Source: Pseudomonadota bacterium
GTDB taxonomy: Bacteria > Pseudomonadota > Gammaproteobacteria > Burkholderiales > JAKAFK01
NCBI GenBank assembly: GCA_021788645.1
Contig: JAJYKK010000011.1
Coordinates: 3,167 to 67,166, forward strand
Length of the DNA stretch: 64,000 nucleotides
Direction: 5' to 3'
The notes beneath the pieces were generated by a model, which saw nothing but the letters and a program-made list of their open reading frames with translations, made no database searches and was not told the DNA's origin. Position numbers and translations under genes: made by a program. Shown piece after piece: positions 27,902 through 38,124 of the stretch. How positions within the stretch are numbered: the stretch's first letter is position 1; the number at the start of each line of letters is the position of its first letter.

Positions 27902-28315
27902 TCAGTGTGGTGTCTGCTGCTGTTCGATGTACTGTCGCACGATGGAGATGGGAGCGCCGCCGCAGCTTGAAGCGAAGTACGACGGCGACCACAGGACACC
28001 GCGCCAGTAGCGTTTCTGGATGTCGGGCCGTTCCTCGCGCAGCAGGCGGCTGGACACGCCTTTGAGGCTGTTCACGAGGTTGGAGACGGCGACCTTCGGC
28101 GGATATCCCACCAGCAGGTGGACGTGATCGTCCTCGCCGTCCATTTCGATCAGTTGCGCCTCGAAGTCGGCGCAGGTCTTGGCGAAGATGATGCGCAGCC
28201 GGTCGATAGTGTCGCCGTCGAACACTTTGCGGCGGTACTTCGCCACAAAGACCAAGTTAACGTGCATCTTGAAAATGCAGTGCCTTCCATGCCTAATATC
28301 GTTGTCATTGCTCAT
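27902..28315 (-). CDS. tnpA: IS200/IS605 Y1 (HUH) transposase TnpA
   Basis: 137 aa. HUH motif DDHVHLLVGYPP. C-terminal LWSPSYFASSCGGAPISIVRQYIEQQ carries the catalytic Tyr. Confidence 0.9.
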   Translation of the reverse strand: MSNDNDIRHGRHCIFKMHVNLVFVAKYRRKVFDGDTIDRLRIIFAKTCADFEAQLIEMDGEDDHVHLLVGYPPKVAVSNLVNSLKGVSSRLLREERPDIQKRYWRGVLWSPSYFASSCGGAPISIVRQYIEQQQTPH

Positions 28316-28338
28316 AGACCAAGAGTCTAATTCAACAC

Positions 28339-29559
28339 ATGCAGCGACTCCACGCCTTCAAGTTCGAACTGATGCCGACCGGCGAACAGCAGCGCCAGAT
28401 GCGCCGCTTCGCGGGATCGTGCCGCTTCGTGTTCAACAAGGCTTTGGCGCTGCAAAAGGAGCGCTTTGAGCGCGGCGAGAAGAAGCTGGGATACGCGGCG
28501 CTGTGCAAGGAACTCACCGGCTGGCGCAACGGCGTAGAGACGCCCTGGCTCTCCGATGCGCCGATCCACCCGCTGCAACAGACGCTCAAGGACTTGGAGC
28601 GGGCGTATTCCAACTTCTTCGCCAAGCGGGCCGACTTCCCGCGTTTCAAGAAGAAAGGCCAGAGCGACAGTTTCCGGTATCCCGATCCGAAACAGATCAA
28701 ACTCGACCAGGGCAATAACCGCCTGTTCCTGCCCAAGCTCGGCTGGATGCGTTACCGCAACAGCCGGGAAGTGCTGGGGACGGTCAAGAACATCACTGTG
28801 TCGCACAACAGCGGCAAGTGGTTCGTGTCGATCCAGACCGAGCGCGACGTGGAGCAGTCGATCCCCAGCGGCGACGCCGTGGGCATCGACATGGGAGTGG
28901 CGCGGTTCGCCACTCTGTCGGACGGCACGTTCGTTGTCCCGCTCAACAGCTTCAAGCGACACCAGGACAGGTTGCGCCGCGCGCAGCAGTCCATGAGCCG
29001 CAAGACCAAGTTCAGCAACAACTGGAAGAAGGCAAAATCCCGCGTCCAGCGCATTCATTCCCGCATCGGCAACGCCCGCCGCGACTTCCTGCACAAGACC
29101 ACGACCACGATCAGCCAAAACCACGCGATGGTGTGTATCGAGGACTTGCAGGTACGGAACATGTCCAAGTCGGCGGCTGGCATCACCGAGAAACCAGGCA
29201 GGAATGTTCGGGCCAAATCCGGCCTGAACAAGTCCATCCTCGATCAGGGATGGTTCGAGTTCCGTCGCCAGTCGGATTAAAAGCTGGCGTGGAATGGCGG
29301 ATGGCTTGTCGCCGTGCCGCCGCAGTACACCAGCCGGACATGTCCGTGCTGCGGCCATGTCTCGGCAGACAACCGCAAGACGCAGGCGCAATTCCTCTGC
29401 GTCGAATGCGGCTTCGAGGAAAACGCCGATGTAGTCGGCGCGATCAATGTTTTAAGGGCGGGACACGCCCGGTTCGCCCGTGAAGTGAGCGGTGCGGTAA
29501 TGCCGCCAGCAGCAGGAACCCACCGAAGCGATTCAGGTGTGGCTCAATGCCACGCCTGA
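28339..29559 (+). pseudogene. tnpB: TnpB (IS605 OrfB, RuvC-like RNA-guided nuclease) interrupted by an in-frame TAA at 29278-29280
   Basis: ORFs 28339..29280 and 29314..29559 share one frame. Reading through gives FEFRRQSD*KLAWNGGWLVAVPPQYTSRTCPCCGH. The zinc ribbon (CPCCGH...CVECG) and the last RuvC motif (NADVVGAINV) lie after the stop. Confidence 0.85.
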
Positions 29560-29605
29560 GCGCCGTAGGAATCCCCGGCCTTCAGGCCGGGGAGGATGTC
29601 AACAA
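29450..29605 (+). ncRNA. Candidate omega/right-end RNA scaffold of TnpB (inferred by position only)
   Basis: In characterised TnpB elements the guide RNA overlaps the tnpB 3' end and the right end. The terminal hairpin CCCCGGCC-TTCA-GGCCGGGG lies at 29573-29592. Extent not determinable by eye. Confidence 0.3.
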
Positions 29606-29632
29606 ACCGAGCGGCATGGGGAAGGACTCGAG

Positions 29633-29989
29633 ATGACGGCCATCGCTTTGCGCAGATCAGGCATCTTCCTGGGGGTCATGGTCGCCATGTTTCACGCGCC
29701 CCAGGCGCCCGCCGTCGCGTTTCCGGACGCGCACGCCGTCTCCGCAAACGCATTGCAGCGGGATCGGCGGACCGTGAAAAACCTCCTGGCGCGTAGCGAT
29801 GTGCAAACGGCCCTGCGCAGGCTAATCGTTCCTGGGGACATGGGGAAGGCCGGCACCAAGACCTCGGCGGACGGCACCGCCGGCACACCGCGAATCGGGA
29901 TCTCTACGCTCCCGGCGGGAGGCATGTTGGGCGGGATAGATCTCCTCGTCATCCTGCTCATCGCCGTCTTGGTCATCCTCGCGCTGTGA
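29633..29989 (+). CDS. Hypothetical small exported/membrane-anchored protein
   Basis: ATG 29633 inside ORF 29537..29989. N-terminal signal-like MTAIALRRSGIFLGVMVAMFHAPQAPAVA. C-terminal TM GGIDLLVILLIAVLVILAL. Confidence 0.3.
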   Translation: MTAIALRRSGIFLGVMVAMFHAPQAPAVAFPDAHAVSANALQRDRRTVKNLLARSDVQTALRRLIVPGDMGKAGTKTSADGTAGTPRIGISTLPAGGMLGGIDLLVILLIAVLVILAL

Positions 29990-30370
29990 CGCGGGGGCTC
30001 GCCCCCGCCCATGGCCGCGCCCTCAGAAGGGCTGTCGACGTGAGCGAGTCGCGGCGCCGCTCCTCATGAACATTCAAGCGGGTGGTTCCGGACTAGTGCG
30101 CCGGAAACGCGGGATGCCTCTGCCGCGCATGAGTGCTGTGACACTTCGCGCCGGAAGGATCCCGCATCGAGCGCAGCACCACGAAACCCCGTGCGGCCCG
30201 ATCCCATGGCCCCCTTCCCGTTCGGCCGAAGCCCTTCGGCGCCCCGCGCGACAGGTAAGAGCGGGACGCATCCCGCGGATCTTCCTGCTCGCACGCCGCC
30301 TCCGGGATTGTCCGAAGACCGTTCGCGCGCCCCTGCTCGTGCACCGTGGCACGAATCATTGGAGCGCGGC

Positions 30371-30568
30371 TCAGGCCGCCGCACCATGCACGAAGGCCCA
30401 GACGACGACGATCACCATGACCAGCACATACAGGCGCAAGCCCCAGAACAGGGCTTGCTGCCCCCCCGACAGGCGCACGCGCCGGACCTCCGGCAACGGA
30501 TGATCCCACCCCTCTTCCTTAAGGAGCCTGTTGATCGCTTCGCGATCGAATTCACGGAGCGCTTTCAT
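30371..30568 (-). CDS. Hypothetical 65-aa membrane protein, translationally coupled to the Nramp gene
   Basis: ATG 30568 lies 5 nt after the Nramp TAG, with GGGAGG upstream. C-terminal TM LFWGLRLYVLVMVIVVVWAFV. Confidence 0.45.
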   Translation of the reverse strand: MKALREFDREAINRLLKEEGWDHPLPEVRRVRLSGGQQALFWGLRLYVLVMVIVVVWAFVHGAAA

Positions 30569-30573
30569 CGTCT

Positions 30574-31992
30574 CTAGCCTCCCAAGGCATGGGGCAACAG
30601 GACCGCAATGCCATACAGTCCGTTGCACAGGACCAATCCCATCATGATGGCGACCGAGACGGCATTGCGGGCGGGCGAGTTGACATGCACCCCCATGAGC
30701 TCGCGATCATTGAGGAGCATGAGCAGAAAGAGCATGGCCGCCGGCATAAACACGGTGGCAATGACTTGCACGGTCAGGTTCAAGAACCCCAGCGGCAGGC
30801 CCGGAACCATGACCGCCACGGCCGCAATCACCGTACCGATGATGGCCGGGAGATAGAACCAGACCGCCTGCCGCGGCGGCGCATTGATCGACCGGTCGAT
30901 ATCGAAGGCCTCGCCAATGGCCCACGCGCTGCTGGCGGTGATCACAATCGAAGCGATCAGGCCAGCCTCCATAAGCCCAAGGGCAAAAAGCGCCATCATC
31001 CCGCCGCCCAACCTCGTGCGGATGAAGGAGAGGACCTCCGCGGCATCGAGATTTTGCGGATTGGGCACCCCTTTCAAGGTTCTCGCCGCGATGACGATAA
31101 TGGCGATCGCGACCACGACCATGCCCGCCACGCCCAGCATCAGGTCGCGCCGGCCCGCGCGGATGTCGCGGGGCAGCAAGCCCTTGTCGACCACGCATGA
31201 CTGCTGGAAGAACAGCTGCCACGGCGCGATCGTGGTCCCGATGTTGGCCGATATCAGGACCAAGAAAGTAAGCGACAGGAAGCCACCGGACACGGCCCAG
31301 CCGTGCCCTGCGAACGCGCCCGCGACCGCGTGCCAGTCCGGATGCGAGGTCAACGCCAAGGGCACGAAGATCAGGTTGAACGCGGCAATGAACAACGAGA
31401 TCCGCTCCCAGGTCCAGTAGCGCATGAAAACCAGCACATAGGCGATAAACGCCAGGGATGCAGGAACCGTCAACCAGGGGGAAAGGCCCAGGGCCTGGCT
31501 TCCCAGCCGGATACCGATGAACTCGGTGATCAGGGTCAGGACATTCGCAGCGACCAGATCGATGAGCGAAAACCACCCCCAGAAGGCACCATAGCGCTTC
31601 CAGATCAGTTCCGCATGCCCGCGCCGAGTCACCGCGCCCAGCCGGACGGTCATCTCCTGGACGACATACGCCACGACGCCAAGCAAAATCATCGTGGGCA
31701 AGAAAAGCCCCAATCCGTACGTCGCCCCGGTTTGCGCATAGGTAATGACCCCCCCCGCGTCGTTGTCGCCCAGCATCACCAGCACGCCGGGTCCAATCAG
31801 CGCCAGTCCCAACGCGAGCCGACCCCGCCAGCTGTTGGCGTTGCGCCGCAATTCATCGAGGTGCAACCGGTCGCGCAGGCGATGCGCCAGTTCCTCCGGT
31901 ACGGCGCCTCCCGGCGCGGACCGTTCGGCATCAGGCACCGATGCGCCTCCCGCCGGAGTCGCCTCCATGACCACCGCGTGCTTGTACGACAT
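30574..31992 (-). CDS. Nramp-family divalent metal cation transporter
   Basis: 472 aa, about 11 TM. GPGVLVMLGDNDAGGVITYAQTGATYG corresponds to the Nramp DPGN region. Overall MntH-like pattern. Confidence 0.8.
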   Translation of the reverse strand: MSYKHAVVMEATPAGGASVPDAERSAPGGAVPEELAHRLRDRLHLDELRRNANSWRGRLALGLALIGPGVLVMLGDNDAGGVITYAQTGATYGLGLFLPTMILLGVVAYVVQEMTVRLGAVTRRGHAELIWKRYGAFWGWFSLIDLVAANVLTLITEFIGIRLGSQALGLSPWLTVPASLAFIAYVLVFMRYWTWERISLFIAAFNLIFVPLALTSHPDWHAVAGAFAGHGWAVSGGFLSLTFLVLISANIGTTIAPWQLFFQQSCVVDKGLLPRDIRAGRRDLMLGVAGMVVVAIAIIVIAARTLKGVPNPQNLDAAEVLSFIRTRLGGGMMALFALGLMEAGLIASIVITASSAWAIGEAFDIDRSINAPPRQAVWFYLPAIIGTVIAAVAVMVPGLPLGFLNLTVQVIATVFMPAAMLFLLMLLNDRELMGVHVNSPARNAVSVAIMMGLVLCNGLYGIAVLLPHALGG

Positions 31993-32707
31993 GTTGAAGC
32001 CCCTCTCAATCGGTGCTAATCATTGCGCGGCAGCAAGCCGCCCGGGTGAACGGCTTTCAGCGTCCTACCCAGGGGAGCAGCAGTCCATAGGAACCGGCAC
32101 AAGCAGGGCGATCGGCAGGGCGACTCCCAGTCACCGGCTTGTCCGCAGACCCCGCCGGAAAGGCGGGACTGGCGCGCCGTCCCTTGAAGGTCCCGAATAC
32201 CCGGCGAAGCACCCCTTTGCGTTGGCGTTTGAGTGTCATTTTATGCACCCCTGTATTTCAATTTGGCGGTCGCACGACGCGCCGATGGCTCCGAGGCGCG
32301 CCGCCGCCTGTGCACCCGGCAGGCCCAATGGGAGGACCCGGGGGTACAGCGCGCGAAGGCCGTGCCCGAATCGCGAACGACCCGACAACGACTTGATCCA
32401 GCCCAACGACTGGGAGGTGCTTTGAAACTCGCCGAACCGGCGAATGGCGTGTTACTTCGGCACCGTCCCGCTTTCTCAGCGGAACGGCGGAGGAGAAATG
32501 GACTCTGGCCGCGGATCCCGCTGATTACTTGCTACAAGATCGACTAGGGCAACTGTCCATTGCGTGATTCCGCGTTATTGACGACGGTGCGCATGATAGC
32601 GCTGGCGCCATGTGAAGTCAATCACTTGCGAGCATTTTCTTGGGTGCATTCGAGCAACGGATCCTGCGGCGTGGCGCGCCTCGCCATCGACCGCAGGCAG
32701 GCGCGTG

Positions 32708-33076
32708 TCACGCGGCCCCTGCGTCGCGGGAAAGCTTGGCGGCAAGATAATCCTTGAGGACGTTTGCATTGTTGTGAACGGCGTCGTGCGCACTATACAG
32801 CAAGGTCACATTGCCGGCGCGCGCCTGCTGCAGCATCCCCTCCCAGGACGCCGGATGGGCATCAAGCTCGGCTTGATAGCGCCGCCGGAACTCAGCCCAC
32901 TTGACCGGCTCATGGTTGAACCAGCGGCGCAGGCCATCGCTCGGCGCGACGTCCTTCAGCCACAGGGCCGATCCGAGCGCCGCTTTCGTGACGCCGCGCG
33001 GCCAGAGGCGCTCGACCAGATAGCGCGCGCCATCCTCCGCCGCAATCGGTTCGTAGACGCGCTTGGTGCGAATCAT
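32708..33076 (-). CDS. DUF488-family protein
   Basis: RVYEPIAAEDGARYLVERLWPRGVTKAAL...WLKDVAPSDGLRRWFNHEPVKWAEFRRRYQAEL is the classic DUF488 pattern. Confidence 0.7.
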   Translation of the reverse strand: MIRTKRVYEPIAAEDGARYLVERLWPRGVTKAALGSALWLKDVAPSDGLRRWFNHEPVKWAEFRRRYQAELDAHPASWEGMLQQARAGNVTLLYSAHDAVHNNANVLKDYLAAKLSRDAGAA

Positions 33077-33228
33077 GGACGACGGCTCCCAACGACCCCT
33101 TCATTCCATTGTAGCCGCGCCGCGTGCCGCCCGAGCGCATGACCCCGGGTGTCGCGGCGACCCCGCCGCCGGCACGTTGTTGTTGGCACGCCGTTTGCGC
33201 AACCCGGCACTTTTCGGCAGAATGAAGT

Positions 33229-33693
33229 TTGCTGTGCACCCGTGCCGATGACCCCATGCCGCCCGTTCCCGTTTCAGAACAGTTTGGCATCACCTTGGCG
33301 GAGCTCTCGAGGCTCTGGCGCCGGAAGCTCGACGATCGACTGAGGCCGCTGGGCTTGAGCCAGGCCAAATGGATTACGCTGCTCCAGCTTTCTCTGGCGC
33401 CCAAGGGAACGACGCAGAAGGATCTGGCCGAGCGCATCGGCATCGAGGGTCCGACCCTCGTCGGGCTGCTCGACCGCCTGGAAGCCGACGGATGGGTCGA
33501 ACGGCACGAGTCGACCACCGACCGCCGCAGCAAGACGGTCCATCTCTCCGATCGCGCGAACCCGGTCCTGGCCCAGATCCGCACCATTGCGGCCGCGTTG
33601 CGGGGCGAAATATTCGCGGATGTCGCGGACGAAGACCTCGGTGCCTGCTACGAGACGCTCCTCTGCCTCAAAGCCAGGCTGGAGAGACTCTGA
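33229..33693 (+). CDS. MarR-family transcriptional regulator
   Basis: LGLSQAKWITLLQLSLAPKGTTQKDLAERIGIEGPTLVGLLDRLEADGWVERHESTTDRRSKTVHLS is a winged-helix MarR signature. Confidence 0.8.
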   Translation: MLCTRADDPMPPVPVSEQFGITLAELSRLWRRKLDDRLRPLGLSQAKWITLLQLSLAPKGTTQKDLAERIGIEGPTLVGLLDRLEADGWVERHESTTDRRSKTVHLSDRANPVLAQIRTIAAALRGEIFADVADEDLGACYETLLCLKARLERL

Positions 33694-33942
33694 TCGCAGC
33701 CTCGCGGAAGCCCCTAAGCGGCGCGTGAGGCGCACGGGGGAACTCCCGTCACGGCGGCGCAGTCCTATAGCCGTCACGCCAATGCCGCGCGCGGCGGCGC
33801 GACGTCCCGGGCGCCTCGCGCAACGTGTCGGCACCCGCTCTGCCATACTGCGAATGCTCCGTATAATTACGGCCATAACAACGCATCGATCAGGAGAAGA
33901 ATCGCCATGCCGCCCCTCAGCCCCACCCCTGGAAGAAAAACA

Positions 33943-36636
33943 ATGCGGGCGCACCGCGCCTTCGGGTTCTGGCACATGGTTCGGGCGGCGGGAAGGGCGG
34001 CCATGCTGTCGGCCGCCTGTTTGGGCATCGCACACGCCGCAGGGACGCATCCGGGCGCCGTCCTGCGCGCCACGCTGCACAATGGCCTGCGGGTCATCAT
34101 CGTGCGCAACCGCCTCGCCCCCGTCGTCACGACCGAAGTCAATTACCTGGTCGGCTCCGACGAGGCGCCGGCCGGCTTCCCAGGCATGGCCCATGCCCAG
34201 GAGCACATGATGTTCCGGGGCAGCCCCGGCCTTTCCGCAGGCCAACTCGCGGCGATCACCGCCGACATGGGGGGTGAGTTCGACGCCGACACCCAGCAGT
34301 CGGTGACGCAGTACTTTTTCACGGTGCCCGCGAAGGATCTGGATGTCGCGCTGCACGTCGAATCGATCCGCATGCGCGGCGTCCTGGACAGCCAAGCGTT
34401 GTGGCGCAAGGAACGAGGCGCCATCGAGCAGGAAGTGGCGCGAGACCTTTCCAGCCCGACCTACGTGTTCTACAAGCGCCTCCTGAGGACCATGTTCGCG
34501 GGGACACCCTACGCACACGACGCCCTCGGCACCAAGGCGTCCTTCGACAAGACCACCGGGGCCATGCTTCAGCGCTTCCATCAGACTTGGTATGCGCCCA
34601 ACAACGCCATCCTGGTCGTGGTGGGGGATGTCGACCCTGACCAGACGCTCCGGAAAATCAAGGCACTCTTCGGTGATCTTCCCGCCAAACGCCTGCCTGC
34701 GCGCCCGAGCATCGCGCTACAACCGGTCGCGCCGCAAACGCTGCGGCTGAAGACCGACCAGCCGTATGGCATGGCAATCGTTTCCTTCCGCATGCCAGGC
34801 TACACCAGCCCCGATTACCCCGCGGCGGAGGTGCTCGCGGACGTTCTAGGCAGCCAGCGGGGTAATCTCTATGCCCTGGTTCCGGCGGGCAAGGCGCTGT
34901 TCACCGACTTCTCCCTGGATCCCCTGAAGGAAGCGGGGCTGGGCTTCGGCATCGCCGGGTTTCCCAAGGGGGCGGACCCCGATGCGCTGGTCGAGGAGAT
35001 TCGCCGCGTGCTGGCAGACTACCGGGACCATGGCGTGCCTGCGGATCTGGTGGCGGCCGCCAAGCGTCATGAGGTCGCCCAGGCGGAATTCGAGAAGAAT
35101 TCCATTCCGGGTCTTGCCGATGCCTGGTCGCAAGCCGTCGCCGTCGAAAACCAGCATTCGCCCGAGGCGGCCGTGCGCGCGATCTCCGCGGTCACCGTGG
35201 CCGACGTCGACCGCGTCGCGCACCGCTATCTGGACCTCGACCATGCCATCACCGCTGTGCTGACGCCGCAGGTCTCCGGCAAGCCGATCGCGTCCAGCGG
35301 CTTCGGCGGAAAGGAATCCTTCGCGCCGCGGGAAGTGAAACGCGTGGCCCTGCCGTCCTGGGCCAAGCAGGACCTCTCGCGCCTCAGCATCCCCGCATCA
35401 ACCCTGCACCCCGTGGTCTCCATCCTGCCCAATGGGCTGAAGCTCATCGTGCAGCCGGAATCCATCAGCCAAACGGTCAGCGTCATGGGCCACATCAGGA
35501 ACAACGCCGACCTGGAGGCACCGGCCGGGCAAGAAGGCGTCGCCGACGTGCTGGGCCAGCTGTTTTCGTACGGCACGACGCATCTCGGCCGCCTTGCCTT
35601 CCAGAAGGCCCTGGACGACATCGGCGCCGTCGAAAGTGCGGGGACGGGCTTCAGCCTGCAGGTCCTCGCATCCCACTTCGATCGCGGCGTCTCCCTGCTG
35701 GCCGCCAACGAGCTCCATCCGGCCCTGCCACAGGCGGCGTTTGCCGTGGTGCGCCAACAGGTCGCGGCGACGGCCGCGGGCCGGCTCGAAAGCCCCGACT
35801 ATCTGGCTGAACGCGCGCTGAAGAAGTCGTTGTTCCCGAAGCAGGATCCCACGCTGCGGCAGGTCACGCCGGGCAGCGTTTCCCATCTGACGCTGCGGGC
35901 AGTTCGGCGCTATTACCGGCACGTCTTCCGGCCCGATCTCACGACCATCGTCGTCATCGGGGACATCACGCCGCAAGAGGCCCGTCGCGAGATCGAGAAA
36001 TACTTCGGCGGCTGGAAGGCGAGCGGCCCCAAACCGGAAACCAGCCTGGCCGCGGTTCCGCTCAACAAGCCCTCCGTCATCCATGTCCCTGATGCCAGCC
36101 GCGTTCAGGACAAGGTGGTGCTCGCCGAGACGCTCGGCATCAACCGTTTCAGCCCGGACTACTATGCGCTGGAACTCGGCAATCACGTCCTGGGCGGCGC
36201 CTTCTATGCAACGCGTTTGTACCGGGACCTGAGGGAAAACACCGGACTCGTCTACTACGTGACGTCCGACTTCGATGTGGGCAAGGCGCGTGGGGTCTAT
36301 ATGGTCGATTATGGCTGCGACCCCGGAAACGTCCTCAAGGCCCGCGCGATCGTGGCTCACAACCTCGCCCAGATGCGCGCCACCCCCGTCTCGGCGGGCG
36401 AACTCACTCGGGCCAAGGCGCTCCTTCTGCGGGAGATTCCCTTGTCCGAATCAAGCGTCGGCCGCATTGCCGGGGGGTACCTCTCGCGCAGCGATCTGGG
36501 GCTGCCGCTCGATGAGCCCGTGCGCGCGGCTCGCCGGTATGTGGCATTGAACGCCCACCAAGTCCAGCAAGCCTATGCCAAATGGATCAACCCGAAACGG
36601 CTTGTGCTGTTGACGCAGGGCCCTCAGCCGCACTGA
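33943..36636 (+). CDS. Secreted tandem M16 (pitrilysin-family) zinc peptidase
   Basis: ORF 33907..36636. ATG 33943 gives a signal peptide (MRAHRAFGFWHMVRAAGRAAMLSAACLGIAHA); 33907 is also possible. Inverted zincin motif HAQEH in GMAHAQEHMMFRG. Two M16 units. Confidence 0.85.
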   Translation: MRAHRAFGFWHMVRAAGRAAMLSAACLGIAHAAGTHPGAVLRATLHNGLRVIIVRNRLAPVVTTEVNYLVGSDEAPAGFPGMAHAQEHMMFRGSPGLSAGQLAAITADMGGEFDADTQQSVTQYFFTVPAKDLDVALHVESIRMRGVLDSQALWRKERGAIEQEVARDLSSPTYVFYKRLLRTMFAGTPYAHDALGTKASFDKTTGAMLQRFHQTWYAPNNAILVVVGDVDPDQTLRKIKALFGDLPAKRLPARPSIALQPVAPQTLRLKTDQPYGMAIVSFRMPGYTSPDYPAAEVLADVLGSQRGNLYALVPAGKALFTDFSLDPLKEAGLGFGIAGFPKGADPDALVEEIRRVLADYRDHGVPADLVAAAKRHEVAQAEFEKNSIPGLADAWSQAVAVENQHSPEAAVRAISAVTVADVDRVAHRYLDLDHAITAVLTPQVSGKPIASSGFGGKESFAPREVKRVALPSWAKQDLSRLSIPASTLHPVVSILPNGLKLIVQPESISQTVSVMGHIRNNADLEAPAGQEGVADVLGQLFSYGTTHLGRLAFQKALDDIGAVESAGTGFSLQVLASHFDRGVSLLAANELHPALPQAAFAVVRQQVAATAAGRLESPDYLAERALKKSLFPKQDPTLRQVTPGSVSHLTLRAVRRYYRHVFRPDLTTIVVIGDITPQEARREIEKYFGGWKASGPKPETSLAAVPLNKPSVIHVPDASRVQDKVVLAETLGINRFSPDYYALELGNHVLGGAFYATRLYRDLRENTGLVYYVTSDFDVGKARGVYMVDYGCDPGNVLKARAIVAHNLAQMRATPVSAGELTRAKALLLREIPLSESSVGRIAGGYLSRSDLGLPLDEPVRAARRYVALNAHQVQQAYAKWINPKRLVLLTQGPQPH

Positions 36637-36969
36637 CGGCACGCACCCGCCGCCTGCGCCGCTCGTCCGAGCGGATGCAGGCGCGAGGGTCCCGCGCCAC
36701 GCAAAGCGCCACCCATGGCGCGAAACCCGAAAATCCCGTAACATAGGGCGGTAGCCTTCAGTTGACCCGGCCGGCAGGGCATCATGCCGCCTTCGGCGGA
36801 CCGCTCCGGCGTGCATCTGTTAGGACAGTCAGGTAATCAGCGCATGCCCGGTTCAGGCACCTCGCGGCGACACACCGTCTCCAGGCATCGCATTGGGAGA
36901 AATCAAGCCGTCACGCCTGCGGCCGCGAGGCCTTGTGGCCCCCTGCCCTTCGTGCACGGCTTTCCGCAG

Positions 36970-38043
36970 ATGATCATGAAATTGTCACGTCGATTTGTCA
37001 CCACACCCCACGTACTGGCGCTCACCGCCGCGCTCTTGCTCGCGGCCCTGAAGCCCGCCGTTGCCGACACCTTTGTCTTGCCGACGGACGGCAGCACTGT
37101 GGTCGGGAAAATCCGGGCGGTCATCGCAACCCACAAGGACACCCTGTCCGGCATCGCGCGCCGCTATGACCTGGGCTATCGGGAAATCACCCAGGCCAAT
37201 CCGCACGTGGACCCCTGGCTGCCGGGGAAAGGCACGCGCGTCGTGTTGCCCACGCGGTTCATACTCCCCAATGTCCCCTACAAAGGCATCGTCGTCGACA
37301 TTGGGGAAATGCGCCTCTTCTATTTCCCAAAACCCAAGCCAGGCCAACGCGCGGTAGTCATCACCCATCCCATTGGAATCGGGCGCATGAACTGGGAAAC
37401 GCCCATCGGCACCACGCAAGTGATCCGGAAAATCCCCAACCCCGTCTGGCACGTTCCCCCGTCAATCCAGGCGGAGCATGCGAAAGAGGGCTTCCCTCTG
37501 CCGGACATCGTTCCCGCGGGACCCAACAACCCGCTCGGGCAGTTCGCATTGCAGCTCGGCATCCCCGGCTACCTGATTCATGGGACCAACAAGCCCTATG
37601 GCGTCGGCATGCGCGTCAGCCACGGCTGCATGCATCTGTATCCCGAAGACATCGCCGCCCTATTCAAGGAAGTGCCGGTTGGCACGCAGGTGCGCCTCAT
37701 CAATGCACCCTATCTCGCCGGTTGGTCCCACGGCAAGATCTACTTGGCCGCTCATCTGCCGCTGGAAGAGCAGAGGAAAGCCTGGGCGGGCGATATGACG
37801 CCCATGGTCGAGGCCGTGATGGAGGCGCCTCATACGGCCGGGACGCCGATCGACTGGAACAAGGCCATTCGGGTGACCAAGGCCGCGCTGGGCATCCCCA
37901 TTCCCATTTCGCCGAACACCCCGGACACCAGGGCCGTTATTGCGGCCGCACCGGTCATTGGGGCCGGGCCGACCGGAAAGCAGGCGGCGCCCGAGGCCCA
38001 AAAGACGCCCGGGCCTTATCTGGCGAGGAACTCAGCCCGCTGA
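36970..38043 (+). CDS. L,D-transpeptidase (YkuD/ErfK family) with LysM domain
   Basis: ATG 36970 (MIMKLSRRF...signal) inside ORF 36784..38043. LysM DTLSGIARRYDLGYREITQANP. Catalytic YLIHGTNKPYGVGMRVSHGCMHLYPEDI. Confidence 0.85.
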   Translation: MIMKLSRRFVTTPHVLALTAALLLAALKPAVADTFVLPTDGSTVVGKIRAVIATHKDTLSGIARRYDLGYREITQANPHVDPWLPGKGTRVVLPTRFILPNVPYKGIVVDIGEMRLFYFPKPKPGQRAVVITHPIGIGRMNWETPIGTTQVIRKIPNPVWHVPPSIQAEHAKEGFPLPDIVPAGPNNPLGQFALQLGIPGYLIHGTNKPYGVGMRVSHGCMHLYPEDIAALFKEVPVGTQVRLINAPYLAGWSHGKIYLAAHLPLEEQRKAWAGDMTPMVEAVMEAPHTAGTPIDWNKAIRVTKAALGIPIPISPNTPDTRAVIAAAPVIGAGPTGKQAAPEAQKTPGPYLARNSAR

Positions 38044-38069
38044 GCGCTCCTGCGCGAGAGGGGACGCCG

Positions 38070-38106
38070 AAAAGCAAAGGGCCCCGCATTCAACGGGGCC
38101 CTTTGC
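38070..38106 (-). terminator. Rho-independent terminator downstream of the lpp-like gene; hairpin shared with the convergent ldt gene
   Basis: 13-bp stem GCAAAGGGCCCCG (38074-86) / CGGGGCCCTTTGC (38094-106), loop cattcaa. On the minus strand the stem is followed by TTTT (38070-73). Confidence 0.6.
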
Positions 38107-38124
38107 CGTTGCGGAAAGCCGTGA

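Larger units (their letters stand above)
27820..29605. mobile_element. IS200/IS605-family insertion sequence (divergent tnpA/tnpB, IS605-like layout); boundaries approximate
   Basis: Y1 transposase plus TnpB. Related subterminal hairpins near both ends: aagCCCCGCCgttcagGGCGGGGaaggata (27847-27866) and aatCCCCGGCCttcaGGCCGGGGaggatgt (29573-29592). Confidence 0.8.

Noticed and set aside
31993-32250. Possible manganese (yybP-ykoY type) riboswitch or other leader upstream of the Nramp gene
   Set aside because: I could not find the conserved paired GGGGAGUAG and UUGACA-type elements I associate with that riboswitch. The region is long, but I saw no convincing structure by eye. A covariance-model scan is needed.
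33274-34581. 435-aa minus-strand ORF
   Set aside because: Antisense to the MarR and M16 peptidase genes. No motifs.
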